From positions 64,001 through 128,000 of the forward strand of contig JAHQWK010000012.1 of the NCBI GenBank assembly GCA_029856145.1: 64,000 nt of DNA. The letters are read 5' to 3'. Under the pieces are notes generated by a model. That model saw nothing but the letters and a program-made list of their open reading frames with translations. It was not told where the DNA came from and did not search any database. Source of the stretch: Promethearchaeia archaeon. Lineage in GTDB: Archaea; Asgardarchaeota; Lokiarchaeia; Sigyniarchaeales; SOKP01. Shown here piece after piece: positions 1 to 10,004 of this stretch; the stretch's first letter is position 1; each line of letters starts with the position of its first letter. Made by a program: the position numbers and the translations under genes.

Positions 1-65
1 TCTTTAGCAAAATCGGACCAATAATTTACGCTTACAGTTGACAAAGAGTTAGTTTCTTTTTTCAT
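1..65 (-). CDS. 5' end of a probable gene running off the window
   Basis: ATG at 65, open frame MKKETNSLSTVSVNYWSDFAK to the window edge, downstream of tdh. Confidence 0.35.
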   Translation of the reverse strand, partial: MKKETNSLSTVSVNYWSDFAK

Positions 66-116
66 TTATTCGATTTTTCGTTGATTTCATTAAATAAATT
101 AAAACTAAAAAAAAGT

Positions 117-1076
117 CTATAATCGTTTTTTACTTAATATTTCGATCATATCTTTTGTCATCGCTTCAAGGTCGTACTCCGGATTCCAGCCCCATTCTTC
201 TCGAGCAAGCGAATCGTCAATTGTTTTAGGCCAAGAATCGGCAATTGCTTGTCTAAAGTCTGGCTTATACTCAATTTTAAATTCAGGAATATGTTTCTTG
301 ATCTCTGCTGCGATCTCACCAGCGGAAAAACTTATCCCAGTTAAATTGTAAACTCGGCGTTTTAATTTTGAATTATCTGCTTCTAAAAGATCTATCATAC
401 ACTTGTTACAATCTGGCATAAATAACATAGGTAATACAGTATCTTCTCTTAGAAAACATGTATATTTTTTGTTTTTGATAGCTTCATAGAAAATCTCCAC
501 AGCGTAGTCAGTGGTTCCGCCTCCGGGTAAGGTTTCACTGCTTATTATACCTGGTAATCTCATGGATCTTATATCAAGATTGTATTTATTGTAATAATAT
601 TCTGCTAAGAGTTCTCCCGCAACTTTGGTTATACCATACATCGTAGTCGGTTGTAGCACCGTAATATTAGGAGTATTCTCTCTGGGGGTTGTAGGACCAA
701 AAGCAGCTATAGAGCTAGGCCAAATGACTCTATCAATTTTGTAACTTCTCGCAACTTCTAGAACATTAATTAACCCATTTAGATTTATATCCCACGCTGT
801 TTGAGGCATTTTCTCTCCTGTAGCTGATAAAATTGAAGCCATGTGAAAGATTGTGTCAATTTCATACTCAAAAATAACTTTGGCTATAGAATTCTTGTCT
901 AAAGCATCCAAATAGATGATTGGTCCCGATTTTTTAATAGCTTCGGGAAGTGGTGTTCTCCTACCAGTAGCTATTACATTTTCTCCACCATATTTTTTTC
1001 TTAACGCTGGAACAAGTTCACTCCCAATTTGACCTGCAGCACCTATTACAAGTATTTTTCTACTCATATTCATCAA
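117..1076 (-). CDS. tdh: L-threonine 3-dehydrogenase (SDR/epimerase type)
   Basis: GAAGQIG, LSATGE, PSSIAAFG, YGITK, PGGGTTDYAV motifs; divergent from kbl. Confidence 0.9.
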   Translation of the reverse strand: MMNMSRKILVIGAAGQIGSELVPALRKKYGGENVIATGRRTPLPEAIKKSGPIIYLDALDKNSIAKVIFEYEIDTIFHMASILSATGEKMPQTAWDINLNGLINVLEVARSYKIDRVIWPSSIAAFGPTTPRENTPNITVLQPTTMYGITKVAGELLAEYYYNKYNLDIRSMRLPGIISSETLPGGGTTDYAVEIFYEAIKNKKYTCFLREDTVLPMLFMPDCNKCMIDLLEADNSKLKRRVYNLTGISFSAGEIAAEIKKHIPEFKIEYKPDFRQAIADSWPKTIDDSLAREEWGWNPEYDLEAMTKDMIEILSKKRL

Positions 1077-1249
1077 CTTTCATATTCATAATTCTAAGTA
1101 AATATAATGACATTCATAATTCACCCAATTAAAAAAGGTTTATCCATTTTTAACCCTTTTATTTCTTATAGGAAAAACTAATATAGGTTTCTATATACAC
1201 TTAATTTATTAATTTACTCACATATTTCAAAAAAATTTAAGGTGATATT

Positions 1250-2437
1250 ATGAAAAGAGATCCGGTCGCTTTTCTTGCTTCGGATATGATCGAATTAAGG
1301 AAAAACAATCTGGAATGGATTATTAGATATTTAGAAGGAGGTTCTAAGCCACACTGCATTGTAAATGGAAAAGAAGTCTTAATGCTTAATACTAACAACT
1401 ATCTTGGTTTAGCAACACATCCAAAAATAATTCAAGCAGCAATTGATGCTACAAAAAAATATGGTGCTGGTGCTGGTGCTGTTCCAGTTATCGCGGGTTC
1501 TTTTGATTTAACTAAGCAATTCGAAGAAAAATTTGCTGAATTTAAAGAAGTAGAAGCATCTATTCTTTGTCAAACTGGATTTGCTGTTAATTCAGGGTTA
1601 ATTCCCATGTTAGTTGGTAAGCCCGATATGGTTGTTTCAGATGAATTGAATCATGGATCTATTATTGATGGTGTTAGATTGTCTGGTGCTAAACGTATTA
1701 TTTATAAACATTGTGATGTGGGAGATTTAGAAAGACAATTAAAAGAAACGGAGAAAGTGGGTGCTAGAAGAATTTGTATAATTACTGACGGTGTTTTTAG
1801 TATGGATGGTGATATAGCACCACTAGATGATATCACTAAGGTTGCTGAAGATTTTGGAGCTATGATCTTCGTTGATGACTGTCATGGAGAGGGAGTGCTT
1901 GGAGAAGGAAGGGGTATTGTAGCTCATTTTAACCTACAAGGAAAAGTTCATGTAGAAGGTGGGTCAATGAGTAAAGGATTTGGAGTTTTTGGAGGAACAG
2001 TTGCGGGTTCAAAAGATTTAATTGAGTTTTGTGCGAATAAAAGTAGGACATATCTGCTTAGCACAGCACATCCCCCTGGTGTTGTAGCAGCTAATAAAGC
2101 TTCTATTGAGGTTGTTGAGAATGAACCAGAGCATGTAAAAAGAGTATGGGAACATACTAATTACTTTAAAAAGGAGGTTCAGAGTATGGGTTACAATACA
2201 GGAAACTCACAAACACCTATCATTCCATTAATCATTGGTGATCCTGGTAAAGCCCAAGAGCTCGCTAGAATTCTTTTTGAAGAAGAAAACATATACGGAA
2301 CACCAATAGTATTTCCAATGGTGGCAAGAGAATTATCACGAATACGAGTTCAGATGAACGCATTACTAACTAAAGAAGATTTATCTCTGGCATTAAGTGC
2401 TATAGAAAAAGTTGGAAAAAAGTTAGATGTTATATAA
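1250..2437 (+). CDS. kbl: Glycine C-acetyltransferase (2-amino-3-ketobutyrate CoA ligase)
   Basis: NNYLGL, SDELNHGSIIDG, DGVFSMDGD, DDCH, PLP lysine in SMSKGFG; GGTGA SD upstream; paired with tdh. Confidence 0.88.
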   Translation: MKRDPVAFLASDMIELRKNNLEWIIRYLEGGSKPHCIVNGKEVLMLNTNNYLGLATHPKIIQAAIDATKKYGAGAGAVPVIAGSFDLTKQFEEKFAEFKEVEASILCQTGFAVNSGLIPMLVGKPDMVVSDELNHGSIIDGVRLSGAKRIIYKHCDVGDLERQLKETEKVGARRICIITDGVFSMDGDIAPLDDITKVAEDFGAMIFVDDCHGEGVLGEGRGIVAHFNLQGKVHVEGGSMSKGFGVFGGTVAGSKDLIEFCANKSRTYLLSTAHPPGVVAANKASIEVVENEPEHVKRVWEHTNYFKKEVQSMGYNTGNSQTPIIPLIIGDPGKAQELARILFEEENIYGTPIVFPMVARELSRIRVQMNALLTKEDLSLALSAIEKVGKKLDVI

Positions 2438-2469
2438 TTTTCCTTAATTTTTTTTTATTATTTTTTAGA

Positions 2470-3054
2470 TTATAGAGGTTTAGCTAAAATAGCTTTAACT
2501 CTAAGTTGATCAAAGAAACTAGTAGGCATTGGTTTGATCCAGCAAACTGTATCTGCTCCACGTCCAGTGCCACCTATAGAAATCACATCTTTCTCTAAAT
2601 CTTTTATCAATCCCGCATCAGCAGCCATACTCACAATTTCCATACAAACTTTAACACCCTGACTAAAGTTGGTTCTAAGATATTTGGCCAAAATTTCAAC
2701 AGGCGACCACTGATTCAAGGATTTACGCATACTCCTCTCAATACCTGCCATAGAATGAGTCCCTGAGAAAATCTTTAAACCCTGTTCTCTTAAATTTTCC
2801 ATTAAATCTTCTGAAAATTCTTGTCGATTGTTAATACCAGCAAAATAGTAAGAATGAGTAATAATTACAATATTATACTTTTTTGGATTGAAAAATTCTA
2901 ATGCTTTAGATGCAGCAGTACCTGTAGTACTAGCAATAACTATCTCTCTAATATCGAATTGATCAGCATATTTTTTAGCAATTTCTAATGCTTTACTGGT
3001 GTTATGTGGTCCACCTTTCTCAAAATAAGTGACCTCAATATTTAAATCAGCCAT
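2470..3054 (-). CDS. Pyruvate kinase alpha/beta-domain-like protein (MTH1675 family)
   Basis: YFEKGGPHNT, VIASTTG, FSQGVKVCMEI, GGTGRGADT, ILAKP. Confidence 0.8.
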   Translation of the reverse strand: MADLNIEVTYFEKGGPHNTSKALEIAKKYADQFDIREIVIASTTGTAASKALEFFNPKKYNIVIITHSYYFAGINNRQEFSEDLMENLREQGLKIFSGTHSMAGIERSMRKSLNQWSPVEILAKYLRTNFSQGVKVCMEIVSMAADAGLIKDLEKDVISIGGTGRGADTVCWIKPMPTSFFDQLRVKAILAKPL

Positions 3055-3248
3055 ATTCTATCAAATTTCTTAATTTTTAATATTAAAAATAGTATTTTTT
3101 TTCTTAAGTTAAAATATGATTCTAATTAAATGAATTTTATTGAGATATTGTTATTTTATATAAGATTTATATAGTTTTAAAAAGATCAAAATCTAAATAC
3201 ATTTAATCATAATTTATTGTAAATTTAATTATAAACTAGGGATATTAC

Positions 3249-4664
3249 ATGAGTGAAAGAAAATTATCTTTAAAAGAAAGAATATTATTTGGTACGAGCG
3301 CCTTCCCGGATCAATTGACTTATCAAGCATTTACCATCTATGTCTTTACGTTTTATTTTGCAGTTGTAGGTTTATCAATGCTTGAAATGTGGCTCGGATT
3401 CGTTCTATGGGGTGTTTGGAACATGTTTAATGACCCTCTTTTAGGTGCATTAAGTGAAAAAACAAAACAGAAAGGTAAATTGGGAAAAAGAAAGTTTTAT
3501 TTATTGATATCTTTTTTCCCTTTAGCATTAATAATGATTTTTCTTTTTACTGTACCTGCTGATTTTAAGTTCTGGTATTTTTTGTTCATTATATTTACTT
3601 TTGAATTCTTTTATACAATGTTTTCAGTAAATACAAACGCCATTTTCCCTGAAATGTTTCCAACAGAAAAACAGAGAGGGGATGTAAATGTATTTATAAA
3701 AAGTTTTACTATGATTGCAGTAATTTTGGCATCTCTTATTCCTACTATTATTGTTTCTCCTTTAGTTCCAACACTTGATCCTCTAGACCCAGGTTACCCA
3801 GCAGAAGTTGCTCTCATTCAATCTAATTATATTATTGCAGGTTTAATTATGGGCATAATAGTTTTGATTATGGCAGTATTATTCATTTTCTTTGGTATAA
3901 AAGAAAAAGAAGAACAATTGAGTGATTTTGAAAAGAGACCAGGATTTTTTAAATCTATAAAACTGACTTTCTCAAACAAGACTTTTATAAAATTTACCTT
4001 TGGAAATATGTTAATTTGGTATTGTTTTAATATATTATTAACAGTATTTCCTCTCTACTCGGTTTATGTACTTGGAAGAACTGAAGGTGCTTTTTTAATT
4101 GGAGTAACATTGATGCTAGCACTTCTATCTGCTGCACTACTTATGCCTATTCAAGCTAGGATTAGAAAGAAATTCGGGACTCGTAAAGGATTAATGATGG
4201 GGATGGGTATATGGATTATCACTTTATTTCCATTAATCTTTTTATCTAATAATGATATTAGTAGGACATTATCTATGGTCATTTTTATTACAATAGGTTT
4301 CGGGTTATCAGCTGCGCTATTTTTTATCGATTTAATTCATGGTGATGTTATTGATCAAGACGCTCTTAAATTTGGCGTAAAAAGGGCTGCTAGCTATTAT
4401 GGTGTAAATGCTTTTATTCACAGATTTTCAATGATTCTTGGTATCACCACTATTGCGCCTATATTCGCAGGAGCAGGATGGAGTACCTATACACCTATTC
4501 CATCTGACCCATTTTTAATTGACCTTGGCTTAAAAGCATTAATGTTTCTATTTCCCACATTAGCACTTATAGGATCAATTCTTATCTTTAAATCTTACGA
4601 TTTGCATGGTGTAAAGCTCAAAGAAATGAGACAGGAATTAGATAAACATCCTGAATTACATTAA
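3249..4664 (+). CDS. MFS/GPH-family transporter
   Basis: About 12 hydrophobic helices, WNMFNDPLLGALS, DVIDQD..G.KR. Confidence 0.85.
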   Translation: MSERKLSLKERILFGTSAFPDQLTYQAFTIYVFTFYFAVVGLSMLEMWLGFVLWGVWNMFNDPLLGALSEKTKQKGKLGKRKFYLLISFFPLALIMIFLFTVPADFKFWYFLFIIFTFEFFYTMFSVNTNAIFPEMFPTEKQRGDVNVFIKSFTMIAVILASLIPTIIVSPLVPTLDPLDPGYPAEVALIQSNYIIAGLIMGIIVLIMAVLFIFFGIKEKEEQLSDFEKRPGFFKSIKLTFSNKTFIKFTFGNMLIWYCFNILLTVFPLYSVYVLGRTEGAFLIGVTLMLALLSAALLMPIQARIRKKFGTRKGLMMGMGIWIITLFPLIFLSNNDISRTLSMVIFITIGFGLSAALFFIDLIHGDVIDQDALKFGVKRAASYYGVNAFIHRFSMILGITTIAPIFAGAGWSTYTPIPSDPFLIDLGLKALMFLFPTLALIGSILIFKSYDLHGVKLKEMRQELDKHPELH

Positions 4665-4698
4665 TCTTTTTATTTATTTTTTATTTTAAAGTTTTTTT

Positions 4699-5610
4699 TT
4701 ATAATCCTAGTTTTAATTTCGCTTCATCAACAGTAGCCGGCTTTCTTCCAAGTTCCTTGGCTAATCGAACCATTCTTTTTACTAATTGAGTATTACTTTC
4801 TACAAGCTCCCCTTTTTGATAATAAAGGATATCTTCAAGTCCAGTTCTTACATTTCCGCCCATACAGAGAGTAATTGTTGTCGTACGAAGATTTAATTTG
4901 CCTACTGTAACTACTTGCCAAGTAGATCCTTCAGGTAATAAATCTACCATGTTTAATAGATTTCTAATTGTTACTGGTGCACCACCCCCAATTCCTAAAA
5001 CAATACTGAAGTGTAAGGGAGGTTTAAGAACCTTAAATCTTGAGACTAATGTTTCAACATTAATAATATGACTTGTATCATATACTTCAATCTCAATACC
5101 AAACCCTTTTTTATTACAACCCTCAACGTATCTTTTGTTAAAAGAGATTGGATTATTAAAAGTATGGTTTCCATATTTTGTTTGAAATTCAAAGGTACCC
5201 GCGTTAATAGTGTGCATGTCTGGTGGAGGATCTATATTTAGAAGATTTAACCTTTCTTTAAGAGTAGGCATAACTATAGCTTGCCCGTATTTTCGCCCTT
5301 TACTACTTGTTTTAACTCCATATGCTATTTTAGCACCAATACCATTCCCTATTTGAACAATAATTGGACACTTTTCGCGTATAAGTTTGACAGTTTTATT
5401 ATAATACTTTAAATCTGGTGTATTTTGCCCATCCTCACCACGAACATGGAGATGTAATATTGAAGCACCCGCTTCATAGCATTCTAACGCGTCTTGAGCT
5501 TGTTCTTCAGGGGTGATAGGAATTGCAGGATTTGCCCATTTTCCTTGAATCCCTCCTGTAATCGCAGCAGTTATAATTACCTTCTCATCTGTCAACAAAT
5601 TAGGTTTCAT
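4699..5610 (-). CDS. Beta-keto acid cleavage enzyme (BKACE/DUF849, Kce-like)
   Basis: IITAAITG, PITPEE, GASILHLHVR, GGNVRTGLED. Confidence 0.9.
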   Translation of the reverse strand: MKPNLLTDEKVIITAAITGGIQGKWANPAIPITPEEQAQDALECYEAGASILHLHVRGEDGQNTPDLKYYNKTVKLIREKCPIIVQIGNGIGAKIAYGVKTSSKGRKYGQAIVMPTLKERLNLLNIDPPPDMHTINAGTFEFQTKYGNHTFNNPISFNKRYVEGCNKKGFGIEIEVYDTSHIINVETLVSRFKVLKPPLHFSIVLGIGGGAPVTIRNLLNMVDLLPEGSTWQVVTVGKLNLRTTTITLCMGGNVRTGLEDILYYQKGELVESNTQLVKRMVRLAKELGRKPATVDEAKLKLGL

Positions 5611-5718
5611 AAAATTCTTACCTCTTCATTTCATAAATTCTTTTTTATTGTTCTTTAATTTTAAAATTAGCTTTTTGATGTTATTATATTATATTGGTTT
5701 GAAATAATTGGGATAATC

Positions 5719-6573
5719 TTAATATTTTGCTTTTTTTGGTTTTTTCCATGTGTAGAAACCCTTACCAGATTTCATTCCAAGATCTCCCTTTTCAACCATA
5801 TCCTTAAGTTCATCCGGGGGTTTATCTCTAGAATCACCACTTTCATGATAATAACTCATTTGAACGGCATAAACTGTGTCTAAACCAATCGCATCCATTA
5901 ATACAAAAGGCCCCATTTTCATCCCTGTAAAAGTTTTCCATGCTAAATCTATAGTTTCAATATCTGCACATCCTCCTGCCCAAATTTTAAGAGCTTCTTT
6001 TCTAGCAGCATGCCACATTCTATTGAATACAAAACCATGACATTCTTTTTTCAATATAATTGGATGACATCCAAGACTTTCAATCCATCTCTTTCCAATT
6101 TCAAATGTTTTATCGCTTGTTTTAGTACCTCGCATAATATCTGCCATTGGACGTCGAGGAATGGGGGGATAAAAATGAATATTTAAAACCTTATTTTTTC
6201 TACTTACAGCTTCTTCAATCTTAGAAACTGGAATTGAAGAACTATTAGTAGCAATTATAACATTTTTAGGAGCGCTCTTTTCAATTTGGGAGAACACTGC
6301 TTTTTTCAGTTCAATATTCTCTGGTATTGCCTCAATAGCTAAATCTGCTTCTTTAACAGCCTCTTCGATATTATTAAAATAATTAACATTATTTATTAGT
6401 TCATTTTTTTTATTTCGTTTTAGAACACCATTGATATACTTTTTTGCTTCTTCCAATATTTCTAAGTTTATATCGAAAATGCTTACATTATAATTATGTA
6501 AAGCCGTGATTGCTGCTATTTGTTTGCCCGTGAAACCAGCACCAATCACTGAGATACTTTTAATTTCTGTCAT
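5719..6573 (-). CDS. 3-hydroxyacyl-CoA dehydrogenase family protein
   Basis: VIGAGFTG, EAIPE, ATNSSS, HFYPP, GFVFNR, MGPF..MD.IGLD, GMKSGKGFY. Confidence 0.88.
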   Translation of the reverse strand: MTEIKSISVIGAGFTGKQIAAITALHNYNVSIFDINLEILEEAKKYINGVLKRNKKNELINNVNYFNNIEEAVKEADLAIEAIPENIELKKAVFSQIEKSAPKNVIIATNSSSIPVSKIEEAVSRKNKVLNIHFYPPIPRRPMADIMRGTKTSDKTFEIGKRWIESLGCHPIILKKECHGFVFNRMWHAARKEALKIWAGGCADIETIDLAWKTFTGMKMGPFVLMDAIGLDTVYAVQMSYYHESGDSRDKPPDELKDMVEKGDLGMKSGKGFYTWKKPKKAKY

Positions 6574-6786
6574 ATTATTCTATTCTTGTATTTTTTATAT
6601 TACACTAGAGTTAGTATTGATAAAATAAGTTCCCTTAATTTATAAGGTTAAATCTGTTTTTTAATAATCTCTGGTTGGATCAGGATTGAAATTATAATTT
6701 TATAACAAAGAGCTTTAAAATATAATCTTTTTAAACTTATAAGACAATATTTAATTAAATTACTTTTAATTAGGAGATATAGAAAA

Positions 6787-7020
6787 TTGACTATATGCTT
6801 TGTTTTAATGAATACACAAGCAGGTTTTGTAGAATCTGTTGTTCATGGTTTACAGGAAATAGAAGAAGTTATGGAAGTTTACCCAGTAACGGGTGGTATT
6901 GATATAATTGTTAAAGTAGAAGGGCAAGATGTTGAAACTATAGCCAAGACTATTCTGGCTAAAATTCATAGTTTAGAGGGAGTTTCCCGTACAGAAACTC
7001 ATATTGTTGTCCCACTCTAA
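6787..7020 (+). CDS. Stand-alone Lrp/AsnC ligand-binding (RAM) domain protein
   Basis: EVYPVTGGIDIIVKV...GVSRTET; no HTH; TTG start with GGAG upstream. Confidence 0.82.
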   Translation: MTICFVLMNTQAGFVESVVHGLQEIEEVMEVYPVTGGIDIIVKVEGQDVETIAKTILAKIHSLEGVSRTETHIVVPL

Positions 7021-7034
7021 ATAATCTTATTTTA

Positions 7035-7619
7035 TTAAAAAATCTTAAAAATTATACTATTTAAAGTACGTTTTGGTACGTGCATTTGACCATTATTATC
7101 CTTCCAATAGTTGAAAGAATCTTTATAGGGTTCGATAACAGAATTTTCATCTGGGTATCCGAGACTGATTACATGTTTTATATCATAGTGATCAGGTATT
7201 TCTAGTAATTTTCTAATTTTCTCTCTATTAATTGAACCCATCCAACAGCTACCTATTCCAAAATTCACAGCACCTAACAAGATGTTTTCAACAGCAGCAC
7301 CGACATCAAAATCAACATAAGCATTTTTTATTTTTGTGTTTACAAGCACTATGATATATGCTGTAGGTTCTCTTCCTTTTTCGGGAGTTCTTTGATCTTC
7401 AGGAAGAGATTGTGCCCAATTTACTAATGGAAACAATTTTTTTTTCATTTCGGCATTATAAACAATAATAAATTCAAGACCCTGAATGTTTCTAGCCATA
7501 GGAGCAACTCGGGCAAAATCAATTAATTTTCTTAATTTCTCCAAACTGATTGGATCTTGTCTGAATCTTCGGATTGTTCTTCTCTTATATATTATTTCTT
7601 CGAATTCCATACTAAACAT
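7035..7619 (-). CDS. Nitroreductase family protein
   Basis: RRTIRRF, APMARNIQ, D.GAAVENILL, GIGSCW, ISLGYP. Confidence 0.9.
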   Translation of the reverse strand: MFSMEFEEIIYKRRTIRRFRQDPISLEKLRKLIDFARVAPMARNIQGLEFIIVYNAEMKKKLFPLVNWAQSLPEDQRTPEKGREPTAYIIVLVNTKIKNAYVDFDVGAAVENILLGAVNFGIGSCWMGSINREKIRKLLEIPDHYDIKHVISLGYPDENSVIEPYKDSFNYWKDNNGQMHVPKRTLNSIIFKIF

Positions 7620-7630
7620 TTTTTAAGTAG

Positions 7631-8674
7631 TTATTCTCTGGTATTTATTAAGGTTTCAGCTAAATTAAAGAAAATTTCTTCAACATTTTTACCAGTCAAA
7701 GCAGAGATTTCTATATATTTTAAATTAAGTTGTTTTGCTAATATTACCGGTTCTTCAGGATTAATTTTTCTCTTATTAACTAAATCTTCCTTATTACCTA
7801 TAATAAAACCAATTATTTCATCTTCAATAGGGATAATATTTTTTATAACATCTTTATACCAATTTGAAATACTTTCATATGATTTCGGATTTGTTAAATC
7901 AAAGATTAAAATTACTGCTTCTGCTCCTTTATAAAAATGTCGTCGCATTGCTTCGAATTTTATTTGCCCGGCAATATCCCAAATAATCAATTTAATTAAG
8001 ATATTCTTAATTTTAATGTTTTTCTCAGATAGATTCACTCCTAGTGTAGGAATATATGTTCTTGTAAATGCATCATCCGTAAATCTTAAAATTGTAGAAG
8101 TTTTACCGACTCCAGGATCCCCAAGCACAATTATTTTAAAATTATAAGCAAATTGTCTCTTCTCTTCAACCTCTTCTTCAGGAAAAGCCTCTAATTCAGA
8201 GATCGACCTTTCTTTTTTCTGTAAGTCGTTCAGTATTTCTAAAATGGTAAGATATAGATTATTTATCTCATAAAAAATATTATCTGATTTTGCTTGTTTA
8301 TATTTTAACTCTAAAATTTTTTGCGTACTATCGGAAAAGGCGTTTTCAAGATAATCTATATATTTATAAAATATAAGATCATCGGCTTCATTAAATAAAA
8401 CGGTAATAGTTGATAATGATCTTCCTCCCTTGGATGTGGCATCTTCTCTTTCTACATACTTTACAATTCCTTTTAAATTGAATGAAGGAAAAGGTAAAAT
8501 TACTAATGACTTAGGTATAATACCTTGATCGGTTGTTAGCATTGTAATAGATTTAATAGCAACTGACATACGAAGCTTTTCTGACAAATCAATAGGATTC
8601 CAAAGTATGGGATTAGGTCCGGATCCTTCATTGAGTTCAGTGTAAACTATGGCTTTAATTATCTCTTCTGACAT
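7631..8674 (-). CDS. uDENN/longin-like domain fused to Rab-like small GTPase
   Basis: N-terminal ELNEGSGPNP; G1 GDPGVGKT, G2 PTLG, G3 WDIAGQ, G4 NKED, G5 EISA. Confidence 0.85.
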   Translation of the reverse strand: MSEEIIKAIVYTELNEGSGPNPILWNPIDLSEKLRMSVAIKSITMLTTDQGIIPKSLVILPFPSFNLKGIVKYVEREDATSKGGRSLSTITVLFNEADDLIFYKYIDYLENAFSDSTQKILELKYKQAKSDNIFYEINNLYLTILEILNDLQKKERSISELEAFPEEEVEEKRQFAYNFKIIVLGDPGVGKTSTILRFTDDAFTRTYIPTLGVNLSEKNIKIKNILIKLIIWDIAGQIKFEAMRRHFYKGAEAVILIFDLTNPKSYESISNWYKDVIKNIIPIEDEIIGFIIGNKEDLVNKRKINPEEPVILAKQLNLKYIEISALTGKNVEEIFFNLAETLINTRE

Positions 8675-8787
8675 TATTAGGTAAAAAATAGGACTGTATA
8701 TATTCTTCTGTTTTAGACCAAAACTCTTTATAAAATAGAGGAACTTTAAGTTATTAAAAATTTGTAAATCTAATGGCTTTTCTTTCT

Positions 8788-8830
8788 TACTATTGCAAGA
8801 TCGTGAAACTCAACTTTCACGAAGATAGTA
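8788..8830. promoter_or_regulatory. Intergenic inverted repeat between the two Rab-like genes
   Basis: TCGTGAAA(8801-8808)/TTTCACGA(8815-8822), flanked by TACTAT/ATAGTA. Confidence 0.4.
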
Positions 8831-8838
8831 TGATATAA

Positions 8839-9882
8839 TTATAAACGTGATTTAAGCAACAAGTCAGCAATTGTAGAAAAAGCATTATCCACGTTCTCTC
8901 CTAATAGTGCTGAAGTTTCAAAAAATCCCAACTCCAATTGATCTGCTAATTTTTTTAACATTTTAGATGTTATTTTCCGCCCCTCTGTTAGATCTCTTTT
9001 ATTTCCAATAATAAAACCTACTAACTCTTCAGAACGATTTTTTAGCTGTTCGACAACGTCTGAAAACCATTTTGGAATATTGTTAAAAGATTCAACTCTA
9101 GTTAAATCAAAAACTAAAAAAACAGCGTCAGAACCTCGATAAAATTGCTGTCTCATTGTTTGAAATTTTTGCTGTCCTCCAATATCCCAGAGAGTTAATT
9201 GTACAACAGAATCTTCAATTTTAAAGATCTTGTCCGATACCATAACACCTAAAGTGGGTACATAATTTCTTCTGAATGCATTGTCAGTATATCTTAAGAT
9301 TAATGATGTTTTGCCAACATTCGGCTCTCCAACCAAAATTACTTTAAACTGGTAATCAATTAAACTTCTATCTTTAATCTTTTGTTCAGGAAATGCTTCA
9401 CCTTCTTGTTGTGTAATCTCTTGTTGTTTCAGTTCTTCTAAAAGGGTTGAAATATTAAACTCAAGATGTTCTATCACTTCCATATATTCTTTTCTAGAAG
9501 CTTTTGATTTTTCTAGATTTATTATTGCTTGAGTGAGATTATTAAACGGAATCGAAAGATCATTAATATATTTATAGAAAATCACATCATCATTTTCTTG
9601 AAATAATAAAACGATAGCAGATTGACCAATTCCTCCCCGTCTTGATTCATCATCCCATTTTATAAATTTGATTAATCCTTTTAAATTCATTGAAGTAAAT
9701 GGAAGAATTACTAATGATTCTGGAATGAGCCCTTTCTCTCCAGTTAAAACAGTTAAGGCTTTTATGCTAAGATGCATAAGTTCCATTTGAGTTAATTTAG
9801 AAGGAAGCCATGCTACTGGATTTGGTCCGAGTTCATCATTCATTTCAATGTAAGCAATTCCCTTTATTATCTGTTGCGGCAT
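8839..9882 (-). CDS. uDENN/longin-like domain fused to Rab-like small GTPase (tandem paralog)
   Basis: EMNDELGPNP; GEPNVGKT, PTLG, WDIGGQ, NKRD, ETSA; same 347 aa length as its neighbour. Confidence 0.85.
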   Translation of the reverse strand: MPQQIIKGIAYIEMNDELGPNPVAWLPSKLTQMELMHLSIKALTVLTGEKGLIPESLVILPFTSMNLKGLIKFIKWDDESRRGGIGQSAIVLLFQENDDVIFYKYINDLSIPFNNLTQAIINLEKSKASRKEYMEVIEHLEFNISTLLEELKQQEITQQEGEAFPEQKIKDRSLIDYQFKVILVGEPNVGKTSLILRYTDNAFRRNYVPTLGVMVSDKIFKIEDSVVQLTLWDIGGQQKFQTMRQQFYRGSDAVFLVFDLTRVESFNNIPKWFSDVVEQLKNRSEELVGFIIGNKRDLTEGRKITSKMLKKLADQLELGFFETSALLGENVDNAFSTIADLLLKSRL

Positions 9883-10004
9883 AATTACAAGAAATTTTCT
9901 TTGATGAATTAATATTATGTTTATAATCTGTAAATATTTCGCTTTTAACTAATAATATGATTTTTATATATAAAAAATAATCGCTGAAAAAAAAAGAATT
10001 TAGA

